A DNA stretch of 64,000 nucleotides from Trichosphaerium sp. ATCC 40318 (taxonomy: Eukaryota > Protista > Tubulinea), in the NCBI GenBank assembly GCA_038496445.1, contig JALMLS010000417.1, forward strand, positions 62,001 through 126,000. The letters are read 5' to 3'. A program made the position numbers and the translations under genes. The notes under the pieces are model-generated. The model made no database searches. It was given only the letters and a program-made list of their open reading frames with translations, and was not told the DNA's origin. Numbering within the stretch: position 1 is the stretch's first letter; every line of letters begins with the position of its first letter. Below are positions 40,036-52,450 of this stretch, piece after piece.

Positions 40036-41337
40036 TCACAGTAAAAGTGCTGGTGTGGTAAAGGTATGTAGCCTATAAGCAGCTGTGAAGCTACTTTGGA
40101 TTATGTTAAAAATATTGTGAGTTGTGTAGCGCTGTAGTTCTCCTAGAGGATTAACTAATCTTGCAAGGTTGGTAAGCGAATCGAGCGCATCAGAATTCGC
40201 ATTGGTAATCGAGAAGTCAATATTGCGAACACCTGCAAGTGACTTAACACCCTCATTTGTAACCATTGTATTGCGTAGAATAATTGTGTGAACACCAGCT
40301 AAAGCTCTAACACCGACGTCAGTGACATTTGTGCACTCAAGATCAATCATGTGTACTCCAGCCAAAGCTTTAAAACCAACATCTGTAACATTTGCACAAC
40401 ACCCCAGACGTATAGTATGCACTCCTGCTAGCGCCGCAATGCTGTTGTCCATATCTGTTGAGTAAAGAGAAATTGCATGTACACCAGCCAACGCTTTAAC
40501 ACCTTCACCAGTCACATTAGTGCTACTGAGATCAATTGTATGAACACCTGCTAAAGCTTTTATGCCATCGTTCGTCACTTTTTCACACTCTATTAAAGTT
40601 ATTGTATGAACTCCTGCCAGTGCTTTGAGCCCATTGTCAGTCACATCAGTCCGGTCCAAGACAATTGTATGAACACCAGCTAACGCTTTAATACCTTCAC
40701 CACTCACTTTGGTGTTCCTGAGAAGTATCTTATGTACTCCAGATAAAGCCTTTATACCTGTGTCAGTCACATTTGTACACTGAAGATCAATCGTGTGAAC
40801 TCCAGCCAACGCTTTGACACCGTCATCTGTGACGTGTGTGTGAGAAAGGTCAATGGTATGAACGCCGGCTAGAGCTCTTATACCATCATCTGTAAGACGT
40901 TTACAGTTGCATACGTTCATGGTGTGGACAGCGCCAAGTTGTTTAAGATGTTCATCAAGTACCAGGACGCCATAAAAGTCAATATATTTCACGACCTTAA
41001 AATGAGTAAAGTCTATGTCTATCAAAGGGAAAAGAGGTTTAAGCGCGTATGCTCCATTCAAGTACTTCAAGTCTTTCTGTTTGAAACGAAATTTGAGAAA
41101 CAGTTGCTTTTTTTTTATCAGAAAAGGTGCTTCGTTGAAAAGTTGCTGTAGCTTTTCTTCTGTCTGGATAATGATATTTGGTTTATTTGATGTATATCCC
41201 AAGTGATTTACCGCAATTCTTAACAATAGTTTGGACGTATGTACTACTGAGTGCATAGACATTAGAGAAACGAACTGTAGAATATGAACGATAACTTCAA
41301 CGGGTATTGAGTCAAAGAATGCCCTGTTAGACTCCAT
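40036..41337 (-). CDS. Intronless F-box + LRR protein with about 12 near-identical 22-23 aa repeats
   Basis: FDSIPVEVIVHILQFV F-box; repeats LAGVHTIDLxxTxVTDxGVKA; uninterrupted 433-aa ORF. Confidence 0.85.
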   Translation of the reverse strand: MESNRAFFDSIPVEVIVHILQFVSLMSMHSVVHTSKLLLRIAVNHLGYTSNKPNIIIQTEEKLQQLFNEAPFLIKKKQLFLKFRFKQKDLKYLNGAYALKPLFPLIDIDFTHFKVVKYIDFYGVLVLDEHLKQLGAVHTMNVCNCKRLTDDGIRALAGVHTIDLSHTHVTDDGVKALAGVHTIDLQCTNVTDTGIKALSGVHKILLRNTKVSGEGIKALAGVHTIVLDRTDVTDNGLKALAGVHTITLIECEKVTNDGIKALAGVHTIDLSSTNVTGEGVKALAGVHAISLYSTDMDNSIAALAGVHTIRLGCCANVTDVGFKALAGVHMIDLECTNVTDVGVRALAGVHTIILRNTMVTNEGVKSLAGVRNIDFSITNANSDALDSLTNLARLVNPLGELQRYTTHNIFNIIQSSFTAAYRLHTFTTPALLL

Positions 41338-41688
41338 GGTTTATTGTATGAAAGACTCAGGAAGTTGTAATGTAGGGAGAATCTGCTATTTATTAGTCAT
41401 ACAAGTCAACGTAGATTATCTTCCTTCAAGGTCAACGTACATTAGGCGAACTTGTGAACTTAAACAACCAGGTCACGTGTTGGTACTAATAACAATCAAA
41501 ATTGGTCAATACCAGACGATTAAACTCGTGGTATGATACACCAGGGTCAACAAATCCAAATATGATTTTGGGATCATTGACTGTACACAATGATTACCAT
41601 TGACGTATTAGCCTTTGATTCTTCAAAGCTCTAACGATGTCGTAGGCTTAAAAAAACTACCAATAAACAAGAAATGCATTTTTATTTT

Positions 41689-44600
41689 TTACTTACGACT
41701 TGCCATTAAATACTCTGCAACAGCTATTATGTAATCATCGCTTACTCTCGGACAGTTCACTCCATTTGCAGAAACAACAGATTCAAAATTTTTGCATGAA
41801 ACATCAATTAAGGCGCTTGGAAATCTTCCTTTAAAATATGAGCGTAAAGGATAAAGCGCTCCTTCCTGATCTTCTTTAATAATTTCACACCATTCCTCAT
41901 AAGGTAAGAGCTTCATCATGGGTATAGATGTGTCTCTAATGATACAACACATACGTGAAATCGTCATAGAAGGTTCAACATTGTACACATGGTATGTCCG
42001 AGATTTGCTGGTTTTGTAAAGATTGCTAGCGATTTCACAAATACCTTTAGATACATAGTCCACTGGTACCTGTAAAGCATGATTATTGGTGTTTACATGT
42101 ATAATTAAAGGTACCATGTCATATGCTGTTGTAACATCTGGTGCTATTTTAGAGGCTAAAACACCAGCAATGAACTTGTTGATGAAATCCTGGGCAAAGT
42201 TAATTTATTTCGCTACTGTATTTAATGTACTTTTTTGTTGCAAGCACCAGTCACAGAATGCCCTTAAGATAATCAACATTGTCCAAATTAGTTTCATCAG
42301 TACCTGAAATAGTTCCTGGTCGAACTACAGCCAAAGGAAGACCTAAAGAGAGTTGGGAAATAGAAATTAAAGAAAATACGATTACTAACCGTTCTGTGCA
42401 GCTTGCATAAGTAGTAACTCAGAAACTCGCTTTGACGCTCTAATATCAGGTTAGTAACAGGGTTAAAACGAGAATGATACCCATAACCAGGCATGATGCC
42501 CAATCCTTCTACGGTTAGATCACGAGATTCATCTGCAAATTCAACGTGTTTGCATAAAGCAGAGATTGATGATACATAAACAACGGCTGTTCTTCCTTGC
42601 GCTAACGATGCAATGCGTAATACTTCATAAGTCCCTATTAATATATTTAGTGCATACTTCATCAACATGAGTCACTGAAATACCTCTAACATTAGGGCCA
42701 CGAAGAGCTTGATATGGATATAATCCTATTTTAACAATTTGTTAGTACTCTCAACACAAATCCTAAATTAACTGGTACCATTCACTACAGCTCCATTATG
42801 AACAATCAACGAGCATTTTTTTAGTTCATGCCAAGCGTTAAACTGCATACCTAAGTCATAAATCACAAATTTACAGGAAAAAACTGAGAAAATCTTAACT
42901 AACCTAGTCTATATTTTGATAAATCACCTAGAGTGGGTAGCACTCTTTTTTCGTCTATCAAATTAATATGGTAATGCTTTGCATTATCTATTATCTTTTG
43001 CCAAGCCGAATGTACATCTGTACAACCTCTACAATTCAACAAGTAAGAGCAAAAAAACCCAATAACAGTTGAACAACTCACCTAACAAGACACACTATAG
43101 TCGCTTCTTTGAACTTCTTTAATAATTCATCTAATAAAAACGCTCCCAAGAAACCTGTTGCACCTAATTTTCTTATATTAACAAAGCAACACAAAAAGGT
43201 ATAAAAACAAATCAAGTATACCTGTCAATAGAATATGTTTACATGGCTTGCTAGCATCTCTTTCAAATTTTTGTGCTTTGAGAGACCTCAAAAAATACCC
43301 TTCAACCTATTGAAGTCAGACAAGAAAAAAAAGCGACTGATTGACCGATCACCACTGTGCTTCAAAAAGTACCTTTATTTCTTCTGTCCAGTCTATTGCA
43401 GATTTCTTTTTCTTACTCTTACCACCATTATTTACAAACGTTTCAATATCTGTAATGTTTGTTGTTTCGTCTAAGAGCATTTCTAACGGTACATTTGTAC
43501 CAGATTTCTTTGATAACAATGACGCGAGTTTTACCACTTAAGTTGCACATGTTAGCTTCTAAATCAGTGTAACGTTCGTACTAGCAAGGGAGTCTGTGGC
43601 CATATCCGTTATAGGAACGTCAGTGTCTAGGACATCTACACCAAGAGCTTCTTTGAAAATATGCTCAACATTGCCTTCATCAGCGCTGTCCACTTCACTT
43701 TTTTTCTGCTTCTGCTGTGCGTTTTTCTTGTTGTTCTCAGCCTCCTCAATACTATCATAGAACTCTTCTATAACCTCTTTATACTTGGACCTAAGTGCCA
43801 AACGCTTTAATTTCCGCGTTGGTGTCAGTAATTGGTTTTCAGGTGTCCATGCAACTGGCTCTACACACGTATAAACAAGTATTTGTGGTTTTGAAAACTT
43901 GTAAAAAGGTTCTCCTGACTACTACGTACCAAGTATTATATCTCTTGGTATCTCATATCCTTGCCACTTTGAATGCTTACCAATTCGTATAATATCACTT
44001 AATATAAGACGTTTTACATCCTCTCGTTTACATAACTCAACAAGTGTTGGTTGCTACAACAAGTAAGAACTAGTCGAAAAAAAAAAAGGAGAACCTTATC
44101 TTTATCATCGTTGGCTTTCGCCCCAAGAATCTGATCATACACAGGTACCACTATCGCTATAACATACTCTCTGAGGCTGCTACCATATACAAAGATAGAT
44201 TCTATGAATTTGCTACCGCTTAAGACTGTTTCAAGTCTCTCAGGGCTACGCACATGTTACTCGTTGGAAAAACTGAAAAAAAGCTACATACGCAATGTAT
44301 TCGCCTTGTGCCAATTTGAATATGTTTTTCTTTCTATCTATTACGCGCACATGACGTAATTCCTTGTTATACTCTACAATATCACCAGTATTGACAAATC
44401 CATCTGCAGCAATATTTTTATTTCTAATGAGAAAGATAAGAATGACATCACCAGCTTAAAATAACATACGTGTTAGTCGTGTCACGATAGTATCGTTTTA
44501 CTGAATCAGGCGTTTTTACCCAAAGCTCACCACGTGGATATGGTATATCAGTCTTGAAGTAACCTGTATATCACTTAGCAACTAACAGCAACATAGCAAA

Positions 44601-46666
44601 GACTTACCTAGTTCTGGAACATCTTCAAGGCGAACTTGACATTCCATAGATATTACACCGTTGAAAGTAATACCACCACCTGTTAAGCATTAATAAAAAA
44701 AGACTAATGCATAGATTTACAAAAGAGTACCAACCTTCAGTTGAGGCGTAGGATTCTACAACAAAAACATCTTTGAAACATCTACGGAAAATAAGAAAAT
44801 AGCAATTGTACTGAAAGCTTGCTTGTTTATCCATAGCTTTACGTCATTATTTGTTGGTGCACCTACAAAATTACAAAATTATGAAAAGACAGTAATGTTA
44901 GACAACACTCTTACCACCATAAGTAAGTGTTTTCAGCCGGTCACCAAAAACTTCGCTGTACTCTTTCATTAAGGTTTTTTCAACTTCATCATGCTTGCAA
45001 ATTGGCAAGTTATATGTCAAACTCCTAATCAAGCATAAAAACCTCGTTCTATGTTGCGTGATTATTGCGTACTTATAACGTGCTGTGTATTCTGCAAATA
45101 GCTTATTAAATATACGCGGTGGAGAAGACGCCACAGTTGGCCTCAAGGTTTGCATATCTGCGAATAAATTCTCAATCTGGGTAAACAATTAACAAACAAA
45201 CTCTGCCAAGACCAATAACACGTGCATTTGTGTTAATGCCGGTACGACCTAAGAATGATATTAATTACATAAAGTCAACATCATAGGGTTTTTTCAAGTA
45301 CCTCCACAAGCTATTACAGAAAACGAAATAAGACGTTGTGTCATATGTGCCAAAGGAGCAAAAGATAGATTTGCTGTAAATTTACCAGCCATTGCTCTAT
45401 TGTTGAGCTCCTTGTTAATATTGGCGTCTGTCATTACAGCTCCTTTCGGTCTGCCAGTAGATCCAGATGTATAGCAAAGTGTCATTACATCATCAGGCGC
45501 CATAGGACATAACTTAAATTGCAAGTCCTTTCCCTTAAAAGCAGGTAAGTTAGTGGCACTACAAGCCTCTTTAATTACGCACTGATTCTAGAAACTTATC
45601 AAATAGCGAAAACTGTATGCTTAAAGCCTCTAAAGCTTCTTTAATATCTTTAGCTTGTTTTTTCGATGCATCTTCCATTAAAATGACATGCTTAACTGTC
45701 TTGGCTCCTAACTTGATGGCATCGTACACCTTGAGATACAAGAGTTAGCTCATGGTACTAACTTATTACATCATGATCAATCACGCACAACTGGCCATGT
45801 TAGCGCTGTACAAAACATACACTCTATCTCAGAATTATTCATAACGTGATTGATTGCAGTTGAGTCTATAAACACAATGAGAACTCAGAAGCAATCACGA
45901 GTTGTACCAAAATATATATGTATAGGAACCGACATATACCCACTCAAGATACAAGCAAAATCTGTAATATACCATGGTCTGGAATTAGCACCGCAGATAC
46001 CAATCACAGATCCCTAAAAAAAAAGACAATGTCAAACCAAAAAAGCTTGTTGTTCATCACAGTGTGGTTCTGAAATACATTTTTGTATAAGCTCTGCAAG
46101 GCAGATGCCAGTGATATTGATAAGTCCTTGGCTTCGGTGTATGTGATCCAATCGTTGTACAAACCATAAGTGACTTTCCCGTTTTTATCTGTTATTTTTT
46201 CTCTTATTCCCAGACATTTAAAGTTACTAAACACCTCAAATCGATTCAATAACGATTCTGCAGCGTTATTCAGTTTTCTTAACGGCGCTATTGCGGATTC
46301 TACATCTTGAGTTACTTTTGTGTATTATTTTTCGTTCTTTACGCACTTTCTAGCTTGTACGTCGTATGGGAGTGCGTACTATAGCAATTTGAACAAAAAT
46401 CATAACTATTTTGATTAACGTCGCAAACTAGAGACAACGGCGTAAATTTCCAGGCTTGTCATTAGACACGTACTCTTGCAATACCATCTAGGGGAGTTTC
46501 TAGGGATTCCTTTACCACATTCGTCACAACCGTACCCTGCATCCAATAAATACTCAATAATCGAAAAATACATACCTATAAAGGCAGCAGGAATGTCTAG
46601 GCTGTCACCAACTGTGTTGGCGGTAGATACATTTGTTTTAGCCTCAGATGTATTCTTTTGTCCCAT
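41689..46666 (-). CDS. Carboxylic acid reductase-like NRPS-type enzyme (adenylation-thiolation-reductase) with an N-terminal ZZ zinc finger
   Basis: MGQKNTS; GYGCDECGK..WYCK..YDFCSNCY (ZZ); CYTSGSTGRPKG, YASTE, GELWVKT, TGDIV, DRKKNIFKLAQGEYIAPERLE (A); DMATDSLAS (T); ILLTGATGFLG, HNGAVVN, YVSS, ASKRVSE, VRPG (R). Confidence 0.85.
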
Positions 46667-46815
46667 TAGGGTATCACAAGAGACGCTGTTGTAAAAACTG
46701 ACGTAGGTATTTTCAAGTAATAGCCAAATTACAGCTTAGCCGAATGCTAAAAAAAGAAGCTACTTCAATTGCCAAATATACAAAAACTACATCAGCGTAC
46801 ATTCTGATTATTTTA

Positions 46816-48103
46816 TTAAAGAACTAGAGCCACAATGCAAAGCATGGCAGTAATTACAAATGGTTTGAGAACTGAGAAACCGGATGGCACTAGAAGAATA
46901 ATGTAAGTATCAAGCAAAGACACGTGTATTGGTACCAGTGCTATCAACAGGCGTAGTTGGTGCCGCTGTTGTAGGTGTAGCTGTTGGTGACGCTGTTGTT
47001 GGCGCCGCTGTGGTGGGTGCAACAGGCTCGACTGGCGCTGTTGGTGGTGCGGTCGTAGGTGCCGTAGTAGTTGTAGGTGGTTCAGTAGTGTTTGGCACGC
47101 CATCTTTTGTCAAAGAAATCTCGTCAACAAGAAGCTCAAAGTTATAAACTCCATTGTTTCCGTTTGTATTGAAAGAAAAGGCCATTACTCCAAACTGTAG
47201 AGTATCTGGCATATCAGTCCTTATTCGGAAAATGAGTTTGTTATAACTGTAGTGCAACACAATGCCAAATTTTACCTATTAAAAGTATTTCTCAAAGTCC
47301 AAGCCATAGCAGTTTGTTCTCGAGTGAAAACTTCAAACTGACTTCCTGTTCTTTGAATACGAAGCTTGAGAATATACTGTGAGGTAAAGTGAACTTTTAC
47401 ATCGCTGTCATCGTTCGCAGTTGACTTTGCTTCAATCTATATAAAGCAATTGAGCACTTACGTACTACTACGTTTAAAGAATGACTTTTACAAACGTACA
47501 GCAGGGCCACCGTCCCTGTACCCAACAGCAGCAAATACATAATTTTGAGTTCCTGAATCAGAGGCAGGATCACGGACCATAATGCCTCCAAAGTGATACC
47601 CATAGTCTATAGCGTTGCCAGTAGCCTTATTCACAGCGGCTACAGTGCCTTGAAAACTATTAAAAAAAAACAGTAAGTAATGACGGATGCAAAGACACAA
47701 AAGGAAGTTCTCAGAGATGACAAGAATCCAAGTTTGGTTAATAAAGTGGATTCATTAAACGTACTCAAAATCTCCTGAAACATTCTGGTGAGCGTAGAAA
47801 CCAGTAGCGTCGCCCCGAAACCATACACCTTGCTGATTTACCTTGATTGGGGTCAAAAATAACAAAACGGATTTATTTAACGCTCTGTAATCGCCATACC
47901 TGAATACTGTACTGTGAGGATGACGGAAATGGCGTCGAAGTCGATTTTATCGACTGAGTTACGCTGGAAGGATTTACTGTGGCCCAGTCACCGCTAATGG
48001 CGCTGAAAGTATCCTCAAATGGCAATGAAACCGCTCCGTAAGACAGAATGCTGCAAATCGCCAAAACTAGGGATAACCTTGCAATTATAGTACCTGAAAC
48101 CAT
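46816..48103 (-). CDS. Secreted, probably GPI-anchored ConA-like (DUF1349-like) lectin-fold protein with a Thr/Pro stalk
   Basis: Signal MVSGTIIARLSLVLAICSILSYG; VSGDF..GGIMVR..LRIQRTGSQF..RTDMPDTLQFGVMAF; TTAPTTAPP stalk; hydrophobic C-terminus FVITAMLCIVALVL*. Confidence 0.6.
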
Positions 48104-48781
48104 CACAAGAGCAGGAGTGTTCGAAACGTGTTGAAGCAAATGGTTTCGGCAGTTAAGGCGGTTGGTACTTCCTTTTTTTGTATTCATAAAAGAGTTGTCT
48201 GTTTAGCGGAATACGCATGAACCCGAGATTATTGTGCGTGCGTTTCTTGGAGCAATTATAGTCACGTCCTTTACAATCAACGAACAAGTCGCTATTACAG
48301 GCAAGGCAACTACCAAAAAAGGCCACTTCTTGCAGCTGTTTTAGTGGCCTCGCCCTTTGTACAGACTAATAAGAATATCCTAAAAACTTATGCTGTGAAT
48401 ACAAATCATGTTCACTAAAGATCATTGAATGATCTTGAGGTAATTGTCTTGTTCAATCCAATTAAAGACGCAAGATGCAAATAAACCGCAAAAATCCTAC
48501 AACAAAAAACCAACCAAACTTTTTATAATGTACATTGTATGGCAACCCAAACTATCAGTTATAGATTTAACTCGAAGAATGGTGGAGGTGTTAAGGGCCT
48601 GTGCTCAATCTTTGATGACTACTATTCCTCATTTTTTACAATTTCTCTTGAGAGCTTTTCACCAAGATCAGGCACACCTACTATCCGCAACCACGTCTAA
48701 GTCAAAAAATAAGAAAAAGAAAAAAAATTATTTCTTTTCCAAACCATACCGATTGTGACCACCCAAAAATAAATAGCATGC

Positions 48782-50990
48782 CTAAAATTGTAGAGCAGAC
48801 TCAAAAAACTTTAATTTATCGCCAACAGAACGCGTCATATCTGCACGTGATGTTTGCTTCTAAAAATAAAATAAATTTATGAAACAATAGTTTGGAATAG
48901 TCGTACCATATGAGTTGTCATTTTCTTCCTTGTTGGTGCAACAGGAGGTGGGTTAGACGGTGCAGATGGCGGGGCGATGGACGGAACAGATGGTGGTGAG
49001 GTAGGTGGCGAAGAAGGCGGTGCAGCATTATACCGAGGTGTAGGTTTGAAAAATCCATCGCCAGAATTGTTTGATCCTGTTGGTCTTGTTGGTCGTGCTG
49101 TTATCTTCGGCTTTAAATTGTTACCAGGGAATGGTGTGAAGGTTCGTTTCAGTTTAATATTAGTTGAGGATTTTGCCAATGGCGCTGTAAATGTCCTTTG
49201 CAAAGGAACAACACTTGCAGAGTTAGCCAAGAAAGGTCTTGCGTTTCCAGCTGGGGGTCTTGTCACAAAAGGTCTTGCATTTCCTTCTTTCACTACTGGG
49301 CGTTTTGGAGGAGGTCCTGGTGGAAGGCCTGGTAGTGGTCTTCTAGGCGGTGCAGATCTCCTAGGCGTGATAGATGCCTGTGATGTGGGTGGCTTAGACC
49401 TTACAGGTACGGCTGATCGCCTTATAGAAGGTGTTGGGATAGCTGTTGCCATTGGTAAAAAATCTACTACAGTTGTTCTTGTTTCAAGCGCTTTTCTTTG
49501 AGGCGAAGAAGGGCGAACTATACGAGTACTTGGAGGTGAGTGTCTCCTTGGAGGTGAGTGTTTCCTTGGTGGTGTAGGGGCCATGGGGACCATTGGCAAT
49601 GTTCGTAGTACGGCAGACGGTAGCATCGGGAGCGTCCTCCACCATAAGAATGTACTGAATCCTTTCGGATTTGGTAAAGAATCAGAAATCTCAAAACCAT
49701 CGTATTTAGCGTAGAATTCGTCATCATAATCTTTAGGGCCAGTACTAGAGTTTGCAGATCCTTTGGCTATATTAGACCGGCGTATTGTTCTACCTTTTGA
49801 TTCGCCCACATTGCTGCTTCGCATTGTCGAAAACATGGTAGTGACGCTTGTTTTTTTTATTGTACGGCGAATCCTCAACGTCCTAGACGTACCAGGTCAG
49901 TACAAAAAATAAAATTAAATACGTCTAGGGTTTTTTTAACGATAAAACCGTTTCAAATGCACGTGGGTTATTAACCATTTAAAGAAGTGTAAAATTTTCT
50001 CACTTGGAATGCCTTGTCGTTACTTGTTCTTGCTCTTTTGACATCATGTCCTCCACTGACTCCATTGTAAGTTTTGGTTTCTCTTCCATTTCAGTAATCA
50101 TAGAGAACGATGTACGCTTTTCTTCCGTTGTTATTTGCGTAATAGCTTGTAAACCTTGTCGTTCGTAAATAGGCACTGGTTTTTCAAAATCTTCGACAAC
50201 ACCACGTGAATTGCTTCTCGCCTTCGGGTCATCCGCCGGTGACTCTACCATTTCTTCCAGTGATTCCATGGTAAGCTTTGGCTTTTCTTCCATTTCTGTA
50301 AGAACAGAAAAGGACATATTTCTCTGCCTTCTAGTTGGTCCATCAAGTTTTTTAGATTTGTTCTTGTTGGCTATCCTATTAATTGGGCTAGTTTGCGCTA
50401 GACTATTATAAAAACGTGAGTTTTACACTTTTCTAAAGCTTTTGGTCGATGGGTTGTTAATTTAGCCTCAATTCGTACAGAAAAAAAGAAAAAATCGAAA
50501 GAAAAAACAAAAACATGGTTTATTCTCTTGCGTACGTGCGAGGTTTATCGGGTCTAACAATTGTAGGTAGGTTCCCTACACGCACAATAGGCTCGTTCAA
50601 TGCCATGGGTAATTGATGTAGTTATAGTATTATATTACTTTGGCGGTGTTCTTCGAGGACGTTTTAGTTCGAGCCAACACAAATGTTGAATGTTTTGTTT
50701 TTGTTTTTTTTGTTTTGTTTTTGCAATGTGCGTTGTTTGAACCTATGGGGACTTTTTACTTACAAAGGCCACGATCGATAAGTACACGAGCAGTAATTAA
50801 ATACTTTGAGTATACTCAAACTGCGCGTCGTATTAATAGAGTACTACTAAATGGATTTATTTAAAGGCAATTTATCGAAGTTTGGCTTATACAAGGCGAT
50901 TTCGATGTAAACCTGGTTATATCACGTGATAGAAAAAATTTATCTAACACTTTGTAAAAACTTACCTTTTCTGCTTCTAAGATGAGCACC
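48782..50990 (-). CDS. Pro/Arg/Ser-rich low-complexity protein with an internal duplicated motif; 5' exons uncertain
   Basis: ORF 48877-49878 with many PxxP motifs; SFSxxTEMEEKPKLTMES duplicated in 50000-50317; last exon SVGDKLKFFESALQF*. Confidence 0.5.
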
Positions 50991-51389
50991 TACGCAAGAA
51001 CATGTACGGGATAAGTTTTTGGTACGCCCTGAATGAATTTGATAAAAAAGAAAAAATCTCAATTATTTGAACAAGAATTTCTTGGTTCTCTGCCAGAATT
51101 CGTGACACTTGAAGTATACTTTACGAACTCGCTTGTCAGATCTGTTGCGCTTGTTCGCGAACAATTGCCTCAGGTTCACTCTTTTTTATCAATATTGAGT
51201 GTAACGTCACGTAGCGTAACTGTTTGCTCAAAAAGAATTGTGCTCTTAAGTAACAATTGGCAAACAAAAATAAAAAAAGTGACAGGCATTTCTTTAGACA
51301 AGCATAAATACCTCAACTTTAAAATGCACTGTTAGAAAGGTTTTATATATATTACAAACAAGGAAGTAGGTACTACTGATATATAATAA

Positions 51390-52201
51390 TTATCTTCCGC
51401 CATCGTGAACCATCTTGTCAAGCGCCAAAAGTTGTTTAACATAATTTTTATGCAAGTCGATACTGCGCCTCTCAAGCACATACTCTACCGCTTGATTATA
51501 CCTCATACCCTTTCTCTTGATAAGATACCCTACTACTAATGCTGCTGAACGATTTACGCCTAAGAAAAAAAAACGAACATTAACACCACAGATCGAGTTG
51601 CAAAGAAAACAGAAAAAAAGCATAAATACATAAAATTAGAAATGCTAGGACTAGTACCAGCGAAGCAATGCACCAATGTATTGGTGCCATTATTTTGACA
51701 GTCGTCTATGAACTCCACAGCTTTAGGGACAAAAGCTAGGGCCTCATTTGATGTGCCAGTGTCAGTCATGGTAAGAAGCTTCACCTTAAATTCGTCTTTG
51801 TATAAGTGGTGCTTTTCAACTGGGGTATTGTGAAGTGTTAGCAATTTTGGTCGATGTAAAATTGTAGAAATGTCTCAAAGTACCTTCGCAACAGTTAATA
51901 ACATGCGTAATGTTCAAATCTTTCAATGCTGACGGGTTCGAAGCGTGATTAATGTCTCCAAGGAATATATGAGGGCAAATCGCATTTGGCAGCGTAAACT
52001 CGCCTTCCGGTGCATTGTTTACCTCTACAGACGCACTGGAACTTGTACGGAGAGTATGTATTAATTTCGATTTTTTGGCAATCGTAGTACGACCTACGTT
52101 TCTCCGTGCTACAATGGTGGCGTTAGATTAAATGCGTGGTTACAAAAACCAAACAGAATTAATGTGAACAAACAAAACAAAACCATACCCCACAGACGCA
52201 T
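51390..52201 (-). CDS. Dual-specificity protein phosphatase with an Arg-rich N-terminal extension
   Basis: ICPHIFLGD..NITHVINC; spliced active site VHCFAGVNRSAALVVGYL. Confidence 0.85.
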
Positions 52202-52450
52202 GATTATTTGGATGATAACCACTACATGTATTTGACAACGATATTTGACTACCAAAAACCGCTACAGAGCCAAACTCGCCAATTCGTTAACCGTTTTCAC
52301 CCTAGCAATCTCCGACGCGCTGTAAGCGAGTAACTTCACACCTTTTAATTAACGGCATTTTTGGAACTAGCAGGCCTCAGTAGATTAACGAAAAAATGTG
52401 ACACAACGCGAGTGACGTTCTTTTCTTTTTTGTGTCATTATAATTATTAT

